A program made the translations under genes and the position numbers. 64,000 nucleotides of DNA from an uncultured Solirubrobacteraceae bacterium (GTDB lineage: Bacteria; Actinomycetota; Thermoleophilia; Solirubrobacterales; Solirubrobacteraceae). The notes beneath the pieces are model-generated. The model saw only the letters and a list, made by a program, of their open reading frames with translations, was not told the origin of the DNA and ran no database searches. The stretch is taken from contig CAWDHJ010000002.1 in the NCBI GenBank assembly GCA_963802105.1, positions 1,309,503 through 1,373,502 on the forward strand, in the 5' to 3' direction. Below are positions 18,967 through 30,444 of the stretch, one piece after another. How positions within the stretch are numbered: the first letter of the stretch is position 1; every line of letters begins with the position of its first letter.

Positions 18967-19728
18967 GACGGCTCGTCACCGACACGCTGATCATCGCCGA
19001 GCGCAACCTCGATGCGCCTGCCGCGCGCGCCCGAACTGCTGATCGGCTTCACGATCCAGCCGATCATGTTCGTGCTGCTGTTCCGCTACGTCTTCGGCGG
19101 CGCGATCAGGACGCCCGGCTACAGCTACGTCGACTTCCTGATCCCCGGCATCATCGTCCAGAACACCGCGTTCGGCGGCTTCGCGACGGCGCTCGGCCTC
19201 AACGAGGACGTGCGCAAGGGGCTGATCGACCGCTTCCGCTCGCTGCCGATGTCGCGCGCGGCCGTGCTCGGCGGGCGCACGCTCTCGGACATCGCGACGA
19301 ACGCGCTGTCGATCACGATCCTGCTCGTCACCGGCGTGATCATCGGCTTCAGCTTCCAGACGAGCTTCCTGCACGCCGCCGCCGGCATCGGCCTGCTGCT
19401 GCTGTTCGGCTACGCGTTCTCGTGGTTCCTCGCGTTCCTCGGGCTGCTCGTCTCCTCGCCCGAATCGGTCAACTCCGTCGGCTTCATCGCCGTCTTCCCG
19501 CTGACGTTCATCTCCTCGGCGTTCGTGCCCGTCGCGTCGATGCCCGACGGGCTGCGCCAGTTCGCCGAAGTCAACCCGTTCACGGTCATCGTCGACGCGA
19601 TGCGCAGCCTGTGGCTCGGCGCGCCCGCGCACAACTACGTGTGGGGCGCCGTCGCCTGGTCGCTCGGCATCGTCGCCGTGTTCGCGCCGCTCGCCGTCGC
19701 GCGCTACCGGCGCGCGGCCGGTCAGTAG
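18963..19728 (+). pseudogene. DrrB-like ABC-2 permease with one apparent +1 frameshift near 19011
   Basis: GTGA overlap; [16 protein letters not shown] then MRLPRAPE...[26 protein letters not shown]. Confidence 0.8.
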
Positions 19729-19741
19729 CGCCCGCCGGGCG

Positions 19742-20251
19742 ATGGGAACCCGATCGGACAGCGCGATCCGCGGCGTCAGCGCCGGCGTGTTCGTCGTCCA
19801 GCAGCACGCCGCGACCGCGCGCCACTTCGACGTGCGCCTGCAGGTCGACGGCGTGATGCGCTCGTGGGCCGTGCCGAAGGGGCCGTCGCTCGACCCGTCG
19901 GTCAAGCGCCTCGCGGTCGAGGTCGAGGACCACGCGCTCGCGCACAACGAGTTCGAGGGCCGGACCGGCAACGGCGGCGTGATCGTCTGGGACCGCGGCT
20001 CCTACGAGCAGGGCGGGCGCGTGCCGTGGCCGCAGGCGCTCGAACGCGGCCACGCCGTGTTCGTCCTGCACGGCGAGAAGCTGCGCGGCGGCTTCGCGCT
20101 GCAGCGCACGCGCCCGGGCGCGAAGCCGCAGTGGCTGCTGCTCAAGCGCCGCGACGAGCACGCGCGCGACGGCTACGACGTCGTCGCCGAGCGACCGGAG
20201 TCGGTCAAGAGCGGCCGTACGCTCGACGAGCTGCTCGGCGAGCGCGATTGA
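19742..20251 (+). CDS. Stand-alone LigD-type 3'-phosphoesterase domain protein
   Basis: [43 protein letters not shown]; start uncertain. Confidence 0.88.
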   Translation: MGTRSDSAIRGVSAGVFVVQQHAATARHFDVRLQVDGVMRSWAVPKGPSLDPSVKRLAVEVEDHALAHNEFEGRTGNGGVIVWDRGSYEQGGRVPWPQALERGHAVFVLHGEKLRGGFALQRTRPGAKPQWLLLKRRDEHARDGYDVVAERPESVKSGRTLDELLGERD

Positions 20252-20265
20252 GCAGAATGTCGGCG

Positions 20266-20886
20266 ATGGCAGACCACGGCACGCCGCTGCGCGAGCAGGA
20301 CCTCGACGCCGACCCGCTGCGCCAGTTCGCGAGCTGGTCCGAGCAGGCGCGCACGGCCGGCGTGCGCGAAGTCGAGGCCGCCGCGCTCGCGACGGCCGAC
20401 GCCGGCGCGCGCCCGTCGGTGCGCATGCTGCTCGTCAAGAGCTTCGACGAGCGCGGCTTCGTCTTCTTCACGAGCTACGAGAGCCAGAAGGGCCGCGAGC
20501 TCGCGGCCAACCCGCACGCGGCGCTGCTGTTCCACTGGGACCCGCTCGGCCGCCAGGTGCGCATCGTCGGGCCCGTCGAGCGCACGAGCGCCGAGCAGAC
20601 GGCCGCCTACGTCCACAGCCGTGCGCGCAAGAGCCAGCTGAGCGCGCTCGCCTCGCCGCAGAGCCGCGCGATCGGCGACCGCGAGCAGCTCGAGCGGCGC
20701 GTCGCCGAGCTCGCCGAGCGCTACGGCGAGTCCGACGAGCTGCCCGTGCCCGAGAGCTGGGGCGGCTTTCGCCTCGTGCCCGAGACGTTCGAGTTCTGGC
20801 AGCAGCGCGCCGACCGGCTGCACGACCGGCTGCGCTACCGCCGCGCCGGCGAGGACGGCTGGACGCTCGAGCGGCTCGCGCCCTGA
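20266..20886 (+). CDS. pdxH: Pyridoxine/pyridoxamine 5'-phosphate oxidase
   Basis: PSVRMLLVK, SQKGREL, RQVRI, WGGFRL, EFWQQRADRLHDR. Confidence 0.93.
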   Translation: MADHGTPLREQDLDADPLRQFASWSEQARTAGVREVEAAALATADAGARPSVRMLLVKSFDERGFVFFTSYESQKGRELAANPHAALLFHWDPLGRQVRIVGPVERTSAEQTAAYVHSRARKSQLSALASPQSRAIGDREQLERRVAELAERYGESDELPVPESWGGFRLVPETFEFWQQRADRLHDRLRYRRAGEDGWTLERLAP

Positions 20887-20920
20887 GCGCCGCGCGACGC
20901 CGGCGCGCTCACGCGCCGAG

Positions 20921-22153
20921 CTACACGCTGCGCAGCGCCGCCGCCGGCGCGAGCCGCGCGGCGCGCACGGCCGGGTAGAGGCCGGCGAGCGCGCCGAGCA
21001 GCAGCGCGAGCACGACCGCGCCGGCGACGGCGAGCAGCGGCACGACGACGATCCAACCCTGCGTCGTCGCATAGCCGGCCGTCGCCGCCGCGCCGAGGCC
21101 GATGCCGGCCGCGCCGCCGAGCAGCGAGAGCAGCACGGACTCGCCGAGGAACTGCGCGGCGATGTGCACCGCGCGCGCGCCGAGCGCGCGGCGCAGGCCG
21201 ATCTCCGGGCGGCGCTCGAGCACGGAGATGACCATCACGTTCGCGATCCCGACGCCGCCGACGAGCAGCGCGACGGCGCCGAGGCCGAGGAACACGGACG
21301 TCAGCGTGCTCTGCGCGTCGGCGCGCGCCTGCAGCGCTTCCGACGGGCGGCTGACCTGCGTCTGTTCGGGGCTCTGCGGGTCGGCGCTCGCGCCGAGCAG
21401 CGCGTCGGCTTCGCGCACGCGTTCGGGGTCGGCGCGCACGTACAGCGTGCTCGCGTGGCGCTCCGTGCCGAACAGCCGCCGCGCGATCGGATAGCCGATC
21501 AGCACGGCGCGTTCGATCTCCGGCGCGAGCGGCAGCGGACCGACGATCCCGACGACCGTGAACCACGTGCTCTCGATGTACACCTGCACCGGCCTCCCGC
21601 CGGCCGCGAGCCGCTGCACGCCGAGTCGCTGCGCGGCGACGGCGCCGAGCACGGCGAGCGGGTAGCGCTCGTTCGCGGCGTCGAGGAAGCGGCCGCGAGC
21701 GACGCGGCCGCCGAGCGTCGCGAGCAGCTGCGGGTCGGCCGCGTCGACGGCGAGCCCGCTCGTTTCGGCCGCTTCGATGTACGGGCTGCGCCGCGCGCTC
21801 GCGCCGGTCACGGTCGTCACGGCCGCCGCCGAGCGCACGCTCGCGAGGTGGCGCACGGCGGCCGGCGCGGCTTCCGGCAGCTCGGCCGACGCGCCGAGGA
21901 ACGTCTGGCCGGGCGTCACCGTCAGCAGGTTCGTCCCCAGCGCGTTCAGCTCGGCGACGAGCCCCGCCTTGCTCGAGTCCGAGATCCCGAGCACGGCGAC
22001 CATCGCGGCGATGCCGATCGCGATGCCGAGCGCCGACAGCGCCGCGCGCAGGCGGCGCGTTCGCAGGCCGATGCTCGCGACGCGCAGCGCGTCGGCCGCC
22101 AGCAGGCGGCTCGGCGGCACGCCGACCTTCGCGGCGACCTGCACGCCGCTCAT
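20921..22153 (-). CDS. MacB/FtsX-type ABC permease
   Basis: [47 protein letters not shown]. Confidence 0.92.
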   Translation of the reverse strand: MSGVQVAAKVGVPPSRLLAADALRVASIGLRTRRLRAALSALGIAIGIAAMVAVLGISDSSKAGLVAELNALGTNLLTVTPGQTFLGASAELPEAAPAAVRHLASVRSAAAVTTVTGASARRSPYIEAAETSGLAVDAADPQLLATLGGRVARGRFLDAANERYPLAVLGAVAAQRLGVQRLAAGGRPVQVYIESTWFTVVGIVGPLPLAPEIERAVLIGYPIARRLFGTERHASTLYVRADPERVREADALLGASADPQSPEQTQVSRPSEALQARADAQSTLTSVFLGLGAVALLVGGVGIANVMVISVLERRPEIGLRRALGARAVHIAAQFLGESVLLSLLGGAAGIGLGAAATAGYATTQGWIVVVPLLAVAGAVVLALLLGALAGLYPAVRAARLAPAAALRSV

Positions 22154-22839
22154 CGCGGTCGCGCGAGCGCGTCGCCGTCGTGCACGAGCCGGCCGTCGCG
22201 CAGCTCGACGCGGCGCGGCAGCTGCGCGGCGATCTCGCGGTCGTGCGTGATCACGAGGACCGTCGTGCCCTGCGCGTTGAGCGCGCGCAGCAGCTCGAGG
22301 ATCTCGCGGCCGTTGCGCGTGTCGAGGTTGCCCGTCGGCTCGTCGGCGAGCACGAGCGCCGGCGAGCTGACGAGCGCGCGCGCGATCGCGACGCGCTGGC
22401 GCTCGCCGCCGGAGAGCAGCGCCGAGCGCTGGCGCACGCGGTCGGCGAGGCCGACGCGCGCGAGCGCGTCCGTCGCCGCGCGGCGGCGCTCGCGCGCGGG
22501 CGTGCCCGTGTAGAGCAGGCCCGTCGCGACGTTCTCGAGCGCGCTGTCGGCCTCGATCAGGTGGAACTGCTGGAAGACGAAGCCGATCCGTCGCGCGCGC
22601 AGCGCCGCGAGCTCGCGGTCGGACGCGCGCGCGACGTCCGCGCCGGCGATCCGCACGGTGCCCGCGCTCGCGCGTTCGAGCGTGCCGACGATGTGCAGCA
22701 GCGTCGACTTGCCCGAGCCCGAAGGCCCGACGATCGCGCACAGCTCGCCCTCGGCGACCGTCAGGTCGATGCCGCGCAGCGCCTCGACGCCGCCCGCGTA
22801 GCGCTTGACGACGCCGGCGAGCTCGAGCACGGCGCTCAT
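22150..22839 (-). CDS. ABC ATPase (MacB/LolD type)
   Basis: [32 protein letters not shown]. Confidence 0.95.
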   Translation of the reverse strand: MSAVLELAGVVKRYAGGVEALRGIDLTVAEGELCAIVGPSGSGKSTLLHIVGTLERASAGTVRIAGADVARASDRELAALRARRIGFVFQQFHLIEADSALENVATGLLYTGTPARERRRAATDALARVGLADRVRQRSALLSGGERQRVAIARALVSSPALVLADEPTGNLDTRNGREILELLRALNAQGTTVLVITHDREIAAQLPRRVELRDGRLVHDGDALARPR

Positions 22840-22849
22840 TGCGGCGCGC

Positions 22850-24214
22850 TCACTGCGACTCCACCACTTCGAGGCCTTCGCGCAGGCCCGCGCCTTCGAC
22901 CTGCACGTAGCCGCCGGCGAACATGCCCGGCGTCACCGCGACCGTCGCGCGCCGGCCGTCGAGGAGCGTTTCGACGGCGTAACCGCCGCCGGCCGTCGCG
23001 ATCAGCGCCGTCGCCGGAACCGTCAGCACGTCGCGGCTGATGCTCTTGACGAGCTCGACGCTGACCGGCGCCTGGTCGAGATGCGCGACCGGACGCTCGA
23101 GCGCGACCGTCACCGGGATCGTCGCCGATTCGCTGCCTTCGCCGCTCGGGCTCCCGCCTTTTTCTTCGTTCTGGCCGGCTTTCGCTTCGCTTGCGACCGT
23201 GCCGACCTCGGCGATCCGCCCGCGCACGACGTCGCCGCCCGGAATCGTGACCGGAACCGACTCGCCGACGTGCGCGAGCTGCTGCTGTTCGGCCTTCACC
23301 TTCAACGTGACGATCTGCTGCGTCGAGCTCGTCGTCAGCACGACCTCGCCCGCGCCGGCGCCGCCCTGTTCGCCGCTCGGCGTTTTCGAGCCGTCACCCG
23401 ATTTTTCGGGACTGCTCGCGGGCGGCTGCGACGAGGGGGCTTTCGAGGCCGGTGTTTTCGAGGGCGGCGCGTGCGATGACGGTTTCGTCTTCGCCGGTTT
23501 TTTCTTCGCCGGCTGCTCCCCGCTCGGGCTCTCGCGCGGAGCTCCGCTCGCGCCCGGGTCGCTCGCGGGCGGCGCTCCGGGCGTCGTCGCCGCGGGCGGG
23601 TCCTGCCCGAGGCTCACGTGCACTTCGGTCACGCGCCGCGCGCTCGCCGCGAAGACGATCCGCCCGAGTTCGACTTCGCCGGTCTGCGAGAGCTCCTCGG
23701 CCTTCTGCCAGCGCCGGACGGCCGCCGCGGTCGCGGCGCCGAACGATTCGTCGTCGGCGATCGCGCCGTACGGGTCGTAGCCGAGGTCGATCAGGTTGCG
23801 GTTGAGCTCGGCGACGTCGGCGCCGTCGCCGACGCCCCGCTTGAGCACGCGGTAGGCGGGGACCGAGCCGTACATCAGCACGATCGGGTGGTCGTCGACG
23901 CGGAACAGCGTGCCGCCGCGGCCGACGACCGCACCGACCGACGGCAGCCACGTGAACGTGCCGGCGAGCCGGTCGTACAGTTCGAGCTTGCTGCCGTAGC
24001 CGAGCGTGCCGTCGACGGTCGAGCTTTCCGAGAGCGTGCGGCGCGTGACGCTCGCCGTCGTGTCTCCCGGCGGCACGCCCGTGCCCGCGCCGGTCGGCTT
24101 CGGCGTGCCGGCGTCGTTCGAGCCAATCAAGACGACAACGACCGCGGCCAGCGCGAGCGCGCCTACGGCCAGCCAGCGCCGGCGCGGCGGCCGGCGGCCC
24201 ACCCGCTCAGCCAC
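22850..24214 (-). CDS. Peptidoglycan-binding adaptor (membrane-fusion-like) protein
   Basis: N-terminal TM; [16 protein letters not shown]...[12 protein letters not shown]-binding motif; Pro/Lys/Ser-rich insert. Confidence 0.85.
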   Translation of the reverse strand: MAERVGRRPPRRRWLAVGALALAAVVVVLIGSNDAGTPKPTGAGTGVPPGDTTASVTRRTLSESSTVDGTLGYGSKLELYDRLAGTFTWLPSVGAVVGRGGTLFRVDDHPIVLMYGSVPAYRVLKRGVGDGADVAELNRNLIDLGYDPYGAIADDESFGAATAAAVRRWQKAEELSQTGEVELGRIVFAASARRVTEVHVSLGQDPPAATTPGAPPASDPGASGAPRESPSGEQPAKKKPAKTKPSSHAPPSKTPASKAPSSQPPASSPEKSGDGSKTPSGEQGGAGAGEVVLTTSSTQQIVTLKVKAEQQQLAHVGESVPVTIPGGDVVRGRIAEVGTVASEAKAGQNEEKGGSPSGEGSESATIPVTVALERPVAHLDQAPVSVELVKSISRDVLTVPATALIATAGGGYAVETLLDGRRATVAVTPGMFAGGYVQVEGAGLREGLEVVESQ

Positions 24215-24869
24215 CGCTCGACGCGGCGGAGCCGGCTTCGCCGTCGGCCGATGAGCCCGTGCCCGGAGCGCCGCCTCCCGCCGGGGCCCTTCCCGCGCGC
24301 GGTGCGCCCTTGAATGGGAGCAGCCCCTGGCACGCCTTCTGCCCAGCCTGGAACGCGGGGCTTTCGGGGTTCGGCCCGCCGCCGCCCGGCTTCGCGTGGA
24401 TGGCGATCTGGATGCCGCCGCCGGCGGCCGAGGCGTGCACGTCGATCCCGTGTTCGCGCATACAAGTCGCGAACTTCCTGACCTCTTCTTCGTGCGCGAC
24501 CTGTTCCTGCGGCGAGACGTGCAGCTTCCGTTCGGGCGGTTGGAACTGCTTGCACGCGCGCTGCGCCACTTCCATCTGCTGCGGTCCGCTGGCGCCGCTT
24601 GTGCCTTGCACCTTGATCCCGACGCCCTGGCCGCCCGGGGCCGTCGTCGCCGACGCGTTGACGCCGTGTTCGCGCAGGCATTTGGCGAACTCGGCGAACC
24701 TCGCTTCGGCGCTGCGTTCCTTCGCCTGTTCGCTTGCCGCGGCGCTCGGCGACTTGGCGCCGCCGCACGCCGCTAGCGCCGTCGCCGCGACGATCAGCGC
24801 CGTCGCCGCGGCGAGCATGCGAGGCAGGGCGGCACGGATGCGCGCGAGGGTCGTGCGAGGCTGAGGCAT
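24207..24869 (-). CDS. Lipoprotein with two C(L/M)REHG repeats
   Basis: LAA|C lipobox; FAKCLREHGV...AC and FATCMREHGI...AC; AAGGAG RBS. Confidence 0.85.
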   Translation of the reverse strand: MPQPRTTLARIRAALPRMLAAATALIVAATALAACGGAKSPSAAASEQAKERSAEARFAEFAKCLREHGVNASATTAPGGQGVGIKVQGTSGASGPQQMEVAQRACKQFQPPERKLHVSPQEQVAHEEEVRKFATCMREHGIDVHASAAGGGIQIAIHAKPGGGGPNPESPAFQAGQKACQGLLPFKGAPRAGRAPAGGGAPGTGSSADGEAGSAASSGG

Positions 24870-24928
24870 GGTGAGCTCCTTTGCTCGACGAGACGGTCGG
24901 TGCTGCACCGACATCAAGCGCGTGCGAG

Positions 24929-24945
24929 CTGAGAATCGCCTTAGA
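24929..24945 (-). promoter_or_regulatory. MprA-box-like direct repeat
   Basis: Minus strand TCTAAG-N5-TCTCAG upstream of the lipoprotein-ABC operon. Confidence 0.6.
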
Positions 24946-26623
24946 GCGGCAGAGGAGGTTCGTGAAGGACGCTCGCCGGGCGCGGTCGCGCGGCGCCGTC
25001 CGCCGGCGCTGACCCGGCGCCGTCGAGGTCGCCCGCGCGCATCGCGAGCGCCGGCAGCTCGAGCGTCAGGCGCGCGCCGCCGCCGGGATCGTTCGCGGCG
25101 TGCACGGCGCCGCCGTGCAGCTCGGCCGTCTGCCTGACGATCGCCAGGCCGAGGCCCGAGCCGGGTTTCGCGCGCGCGACGGGCGCGCGGTAGAAGCGAT
25201 CGAACACGCGCGTCAGGTCCTCCTCGGCGATGCCCGGCCCGTGGTCGCGCACCTCGAGCACGCCGTCGCGCACGCGCACGTCGATCGGCGGCGCCTGCGC
25301 TCCGTGCGGATTCCACTGGCAGGCGTTGTCGAGCAGGTTCGCGATCGCGCGATCGAGCCGCCCGGGCGCTGCGCGCACGAGGCACGGCTCGGTATCGAGC
25401 GCGAAGCGGCACGCCGGCGCGTGCAGGCGCGCGCGCTCGACCGCCGCGGCCGCGGCGCGGTCGAGGCGCACGTCCTCGACCTCGACGTCCTCGACGTCGG
25501 TCTTCGACAGGTCGACGAGGTCGCCGACGAGCACGGTCAGCTCGCGCAGCTGCGCCTGCACGGCGGCGACGATCCGCGCGCGCTCGCGCACCGGCAGCTG
25601 CTCGCCGAGCGCGAGCGCGTCGAGGTTCGCGCGCACGCTCGTCAGCGGCGTGCGCAGCTCGTGCGAGGCGTCGGAGACGAGCTGGCGCTGCGCCAGGCGC
25701 GAGCGCTCGAGCGCGGCGAGCATCGTGTTGAAGCTGCCCGCGAGACGGCCGAGGTCGTCCTCGCCGCCGGCGTCGATCCGGTGCGCGAGGTCCTGCGTGC
25801 GCGTGACGCGTTCGGCCGCGGCGCGCAGCTGTCGCACGGGAACGAGCGCGACGCGCGAGACGAGCAGGCCGAGCAACGCGGCGAGCGCGATCCCGCCGAG
25901 GCAGACGAGCGCGAGCACGAGCCGCAGGTGCGAGAGCGTGCTGTCGAGGTCGCTCAGCGGCAGCGCGACCTGCCAGACGCCGCCCGGCGCCGCCTGCTCG
26001 GTCAACATCCGCACCGGCGTGCCGGCGACCGTCACGTCGCTGAAGAACGCGCCGCGCCGTCCGGCGGCGACCGCGCGCGTGGCCGCCGTCACGGGCAGCA
26101 GCGAACCGCGCTCTTCGGAGTGCACAACGCGCCCGTCGCCCTGGTAGAGCTGCACGTAGCCGGTCGCGCCGCCGAGCTGCTGCCTCGGCAGCACGAGCCG
26201 CGTGCGCGTCGTCAGCAGCTTTTCCTGCGGCGCGCCAGGCGCGATTCGCGCGGCGCTCGCCATCCCGACGGGCTGCCCGCCGCTCGCCGTCGCGCGTGCG
26301 GCCGGCGCCGTCCCGCCGCCGCCGCCGCCGGCGCGCGCGATCGCGCCGCCCGAGCCGATCGTCACGCCGACCTGGCGCGTCGCGCCGGGCGGCAGCTTCC
26401 CTTCGTGCTTGAGCTTCGCGATCGCCGGCGCGTCGATGGCGCTCTGGAACTGCACCGTCTGCGGCTTCTGGCGCAGGCTCATGTCGACCTGGCCGAGCAG
26501 CTCGCCGCGCGTGAGGACGTAGACGACGACCGACGCGATCACGATCGACGCCGCGACGGCGCCCGCCGCGAGCAGCACGACGCGGCGGCGAAAGCTCATC
26601 GCGCGGAGCGCACGGAGGCTCAT
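24941..26623 (-). CDS. HAMP sensor histidine kinase (MprB-like)
   Basis: Two TMs, [28 protein letters not shown]. Confidence 0.93.
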   Translation of the reverse strand: MSLRALRAMSFRRRVVLLAAGAVAASIVIASVVVYVLTRGELLGQVDMSLRQKPQTVQFQSAIDAPAIAKLKHEGKLPPGATRQVGVTIGSGGAIARAGGGGGGTAPAARATASGGQPVGMASAARIAPGAPQEKLLTTRTRLVLPRQQLGGATGYVQLYQGDGRVVHSEERGSLLPVTAATRAVAAGRRGAFFSDVTVAGTPVRMLTEQAAPGGVWQVALPLSDLDSTLSHLRLVLALVCLGGIALAALLGLLVSRVALVPVRQLRAAAERVTRTQDLAHRIDAGGEDDLGRLAGSFNTMLAALERSRLAQRQLVSDASHELRTPLTSVRANLDALALGEQLPVRERARIVAAVQAQLRELTVLVGDLVDLSKTDVEDVEVEDVRLDRAAAAAVERARLHAPACRFALDTEPCLVRAAPGRLDRAIANLLDNACQWNPHGAQAPPIDVRVRDGVLEVRDHGPGIAEEDLTRVFDRFYRAPVARAKPGSGLGLAIVRQTAELHGGAVHAANDPGGGARLTLELPALAMRAGDLDGAGSAPADGAARPRPASVLHEPPLPL

Positions 26624-27297
26624 CGCGGCGTCCTCAGCACGTAGCCGACGCCGCGAACGGTGTGCACGAGGCGCGGCTCGCCGCCGGCCTCGGTCTTGCG
26701 CCGCAGGTAACCGACGTAGACCTCGAGCGAGTTCGACGACGGCCCGAAGTCATAGCCCCACACGCGATCGAAGATCGTCTCGCGCGTGAGCACCTGGCGC
26801 GGGTGCAGCAGGAGCAGCTCGAGCAGCAGGAACTCGGTGCGCGTCAGCTCGAGCAGCCGCCCGCCGCGGCGCGCCTCGTGCGCGACCGCGTCGAGCTCGA
26901 GGTCCTCGAAGCGCAGCACGGCGCCGTCCTCGCGCCAGCCGGTGCGGCGCAGCAGCGCGCGCAGCCGCGCGACGAGCTCCTCGTGCGCGAACGGCTTGGC
27001 GAGGTAGTCGTCGGCGCCCGCCTCGAGGCCGGCGACGCGCTCGGAGACCTCGGCGCGCGCCGTCAGCATCAGCACCGGCGTGCGGTCGCCGGTCGCGCGC
27101 ATCCGCCGGCACACCTCGAGGCCGTCGAGCCCCGGCATCAGCACGTCGAGCACGAGCGCGTCCGGCGCCTGCAGCGCGAGCGTGCGGATCGCCTCGCGCC
27201 CATCGGCGGCCGTCGCGACGTCGAAGCCGTTCAGGTCGAGCACGAGCGCGAGCGCTTCGCGCACGGAGGGGTCGTCGTCGACGACCAGCAGGCGCAT
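26620..27297 (-). CDS. OmpR-family response regulator (MprA-like)
   Basis: [43 protein letters not shown]. Confidence 0.95.
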   Translation of the reverse strand: MRLLVVDDDPSVREALALVLDLNGFDVATAADGREAIRTLALQAPDALVLDVLMPGLDGLEVCRRMRATGDRTPVLMLTARAEVSERVAGLEAGADDYLAKPFAHEELVARLRALLRRTGWREDGAVLRFEDLELDAVAHEARRGGRLLELTRTEFLLLELLLLHPRQVLTRETIFDRVWGYDFGPSSNSLEVYVGYLRRKTEAGGEPRLVHTVRGVGYVLRTPR

Positions 27298-27320
27298 GGC
27301 GTCAATCGTCGCGGTTGAAA

Positions 27321-27337
27321 CTGAAAGGAAGCTGAAT
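27321..27337 (-). promoter_or_regulatory. MprA-box-like direct repeat (autoregulation)
   Basis: Minus strand ATTCAG-N5-TTTCAG upstream of the response regulator. Confidence 0.6.
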
Positions 27338-27386
27338 CGAGCCCCGCGCGGTCGCCGCGCGGGCGCGCGGCGTAGCCTGGAGGGCG

Positions 27387-28712
27387 ATGCCCTCTCCCTC
27401 GCGCCACCGCGTCGTCGTCGTCGGCGGCGGCTTCGCCGGCCTGCAGGCGGCGCTGAAGCTCGCGAAGGCGCGCGAGCGGCTCGACGTGACGCTCGTCGAC
27501 CGGCGCAACTTCCACCTGTTCCAGCCGCTCGCCTACCAGGTCGCGACGGGCGCGCTCTCGCCGAGCGAGATCTGCTATCCGCTGCGCACGATCTTCCGCG
27601 GCCGCGACAACGTCCACGTGCTGCTCGCCGAGGCGAGCGGCTTCGACCTCGATCGCCGGCGCGTCGAGCTCGCGCGGGTCGGCGAGATCCCGGCGCCCGA
27701 CGCGCTCGAGTACGACAGCCTGATCGTCGCCGGCGGCTCGCGCTACTCGTACTTCGGCCACGACGAGTGGCACGCGCACGCGCCCGAGCTGAAGTCGCTC
27801 GAGGGCGCGCTCGACATCCGCAGCCGGATCCTCAGCGCGCTCGAGGCGGCCGAGTGGGAGCCCGATCCCGAGCGCCGCGCCGCGTGGCTGACGTTCGTCG
27901 TCGTCGGCGCCGGGCCGACGGGCGTCGAGATGGCCGGGCAGATCGCCGAGATCGCGCACGACAGCGGCCACGACTTCCGCACGGCGCAGACGCGCGCCGC
28001 GAAGGTGCTGCTCGTCGAGGCGGCCGAGCGCGTGCTGACCGGCTTCCCGCCGTCGCTCTCGGCGAGAGCCGCGCGCGCGCTCGAGAAGCTCGGCGTCACG
28101 CCGCTGACCGAGCACACGGTGACCGGCGTCGACGCGCACGCCGTGACGACGAGCAGCCCGGGCGGCGCCGAGACGCGCTACCCGACGCGCACGATCGTCT
28201 GGGCCGCCGGCGTCACCTCGTCGGGGCTCGCGCGAGCGCTCGCGCAGGCGGCCGGCGCCGAGACCGACCGCGCCGGGCGGCTGATCGTCGAGGAGAACCT
28301 CACCGTGCGCGGTCATCCCGAGGTGCTCGCGCTCGGCGACATGGTCGCGATCCGCCGCGGCGAAGGCGTCGAGACGCTCCCCGGCCTCGCGCCGGTCGCG
28401 ATGCAGCAGGGGCGCCACGCGGCGCGCGAGGTCCGCGCGCGGATCGCCGGCCGGCCGGCGCGCCCGTTCCACTACACGGACAAGGGCAACCTCGCGACGA
28501 TCGGGCGCGCGAAGGCCGTCGCCGACATCAAAGGCCTGCACCTCAGCGGCGCCGTCGCGTGGCTCACGTGGCTCGCCGTGCACCTCTGGTACCTCGTCGG
28601 CTTCCAGAACCGCCTGCTCGTGTTCACGCGCTGGGCGTTCAGCTTCCTCGCGCACGGGCGCGGCGCGCGGCTGATCGCCGGCGGGCGCTACGGCAGCGGC
28701 GCGCGCGGGTAG
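27387..28712 (+). CDS. ndh: Type II NADH dehydrogenase
   Basis: [53 protein letters not shown]. Confidence 0.92.
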   Translation: MPSPSRHRVVVVGGGFAGLQAALKLAKARERLDVTLVDRRNFHLFQPLAYQVATGALSPSEICYPLRTIFRGRDNVHVLLAEASGFDLDRRRVELARVGEIPAPDALEYDSLIVAGGSRYSYFGHDEWHAHAPELKSLEGALDIRSRILSALEAAEWEPDPERRAAWLTFVVVGAGPTGVEMAGQIAEIAHDSGHDFRTAQTRAAKVLLVEAAERVLTGFPPSLSARAARALEKLGVTPLTEHTVTGVDAHAVTTSSPGGAETRYPTRTIVWAAGVTSSGLARALAQAAGAETDRAGRLIVEENLTVRGHPEVLALGDMVAIRRGEGVETLPGLAPVAMQQGRHAAREVRARIAGRPARPFHYTDKGNLATIGRAKAVADIKGLHLSGAVAWLTWLAVHLWYLVGFQNRLLVFTRWAFSFLAHGRGARLIAGGRYGSGARG

Positions 28713-29614
28713 GGCAGCGGTGTGAGCATCGCCTCGAGGCGCTCGCGCAGCGGCTCGAAGCGCGGCGGCAGCGAGAGCCGCTCGCCGAGGCTCGCGGCGT
28801 CCTCGTCGACGGCGAAGCCCGGACCGATCGTCGCGATCTCGAACAGCACGCCGCTCGGCTCGCGGAAGTAGACCGAGCGGAAGTAGAAGCGGTCGATCAC
28901 GTGCGTCGGGTGCGCGCCGGCGTCGGCGACGCGCGCTCGCCACGCCTCCTCGTCCTCGGGCAGCGACGCGAACGCGACGTGGTGCACGGTGCCGGCGCCC
29001 TGGCTCGGCACGGCCTCGGGCGGCGCCGCGTCGTAGGCGTAGAAGCTGCCGCGCCGCTCGCCGCGCACCTGCCACGTCTGCCCGTCGTCGCTCGTGAAGC
29101 CGAGCGTGTCGAGCAACAGGCCGGCGCTGCGCCCGGCGTCGTTCGTGTACGCGCGCACCCCGTCGAAGCCCTGCAGCGCGTGCTCGGGCGGGATGCCGGG
29201 CGCGCTCGAGCGCAGCGGCTCGTCGGCGACGTCGGCGACGATCAGCTCGTGCGCGAGCCCCTCGGGGTCCTCGAAGCGCAGCCCTTCGTCCTCGCCGCGT
29301 GCGGTCGCGACGTCGTGCTCTTCCAGGCGCGCGGCCCAGAACTCGAGCGAGGCGGCCGCGCCGACGCGCCAGACGATCCGGTGGACCATCCCGGCGCCCG
29401 GCCGCCCGCGCGCGGCGCCGGGGTACTCGAAGAACGTCAGGTCCATGCCCGGCGAGCCGTCGTCGTCGCCGTAGAACAGGTGGTAGACGGTCGGATCGTC
29501 CTGGTTGACGCTCTTCTTGACCATCCGCAGGCCGAGCAGGCCCGTGTAGAACTCGACGTTGCCGACGGCGTCGGCGGTGATCGCGGTGATGTGGTGGATC
29601 CCCTCGAGCTTCAC
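28688..29614 (-). CDS. Ring-cleaving dioxygenase (two-domain VOC, MhqO-like)
   Basis: GIHHITAIT, VNQDDPTVYHLFY, HHVAF, DRFYFRSVYFREPSGVLFEIAT. Confidence 0.9.
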   Translation of the reverse strand: MKLEGIHHITAITADAVGNVEFYTGLLGLRMVKKSVNQDDPTVYHLFYGDDDGSPGMDLTFFEYPGAARGRPGAGMVHRIVWRVGAAASLEFWAARLEEHDVATARGEDEGLRFEDPEGLAHELIVADVADEPLRSSAPGIPPEHALQGFDGVRAYTNDAGRSAGLLLDTLGFTSDDGQTWQVRGERRGSFYAYDAAPPEAVPSQGAGTVHHVAFASLPEDEEAWRARVADAGAHPTHVIDRFYFRSVYFREPSGVLFEIATIGPGFAVDEDAASLGERLSLPPRFEPLRERLEAMLTPLPYPRAPLP

Positions 29615-29635
29615 CCGAGCTGACATTATCGCCAC

Positions 29636-30424
29636 GTGCAAGAAGGCCCGCTGATCGCGCGCTTCGGACGCGCGCGTCGCGACCGCGAGCTCGCGGTGCT
29701 CGAAGGCTTCCACCCGCTCAAGCACGCGCTGCGCTTCGGCGCGGACGTGCTCGACGTGGTCTGCCGCGACGTCGCGGAGCTCGACGCGCTCGCCGCGCGC
29801 CTCGCGCCCGACCAGGCCGCGCGCATGCACGAGCTCGCGCACCGCGTCGCGCCCGACGTGTTCGCGCAGCTCGCGCCGCTGCCGCCGAGCACCGGCGTGA
29901 TCGCGCTCGCGAAGCGCAGCACCGGCGACCCGGCGGCAATGCTCGCCGACGCGCGAGCGGCGCCGGTCGTGCTGCTCGAGGATCCGCGCGACCTCGGCAA
30001 CATGGGCGCGTGCGTGCGCGTCGCGGCAGCGGCCGACGCGGGCGGCGTGCTCACGACCGGCAGCCACGACCCGTGGGCGCCGGACGCGCTGCGCGGCGCG
30101 GCCGGGCTGCACTTCGCGCTGCCGGTCGCGCGGCTGGAGCGGCTCGACGAGCTGGGCGTTGGCGGGCCGTCGGGTGCGGCTGCGCGGCCGCTGCTCGCGC
30201 TCGACCCCGAGGGCGAGACGCTCGTGCCGGGCGAGCTGCCGCCGCGCGCGGTGCTCGCGTTCGGGACCGAGCGCGATGGGGTCAGCGAGGAGCTGTTGGG
30301 GCGGGCCGATGCGCGGGTGAGCATCCCGATGCGCGCGGGCGTGTCGAGCTTGAACCTGGCGACGTCGGTCGCGGCGGTGCTGTTCGCGTGGCGGCTGGAC
30401 GGGCCGAGGCAGGCCGGGCCATGA
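29636..30424 (+). CDS. TrmH/SpoU RNA 2'-O-methyltransferase
   Basis: LEDPRDLGNMGA, FGTERDGVS, IPMRAGVSSLNLA. Confidence 0.9.
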   Translation: MQEGPLIARFGRARRDRELAVLEGFHPLKHALRFGADVLDVVCRDVAELDALAARLAPDQAARMHELAHRVAPDVFAQLAPLPPSTGVIALAKRSTGDPAAMLADARAAPVVLLEDPRDLGNMGACVRVAAAADAGGVLTTGSHDPWAPDALRGAAGLHFALPVARLERLDELGVGGPSGAAARPLLALDPEGETLVPGELPPRAVLAFGTERDGVSEELLGRADARVSIPMRAGVSSLNLATSVAAVLFAWRLDGPRQAGP

Positions 30425-30444
30425 CAGCAGGGTAATGGCGTCGC

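Noticed and set aside
19742-20251. NHEJ operon
   Set aside because: Only the phosphoesterase module is present; no Ku, ligase or polymerase gene is adjacent, and stand-alone PE proteins are known.
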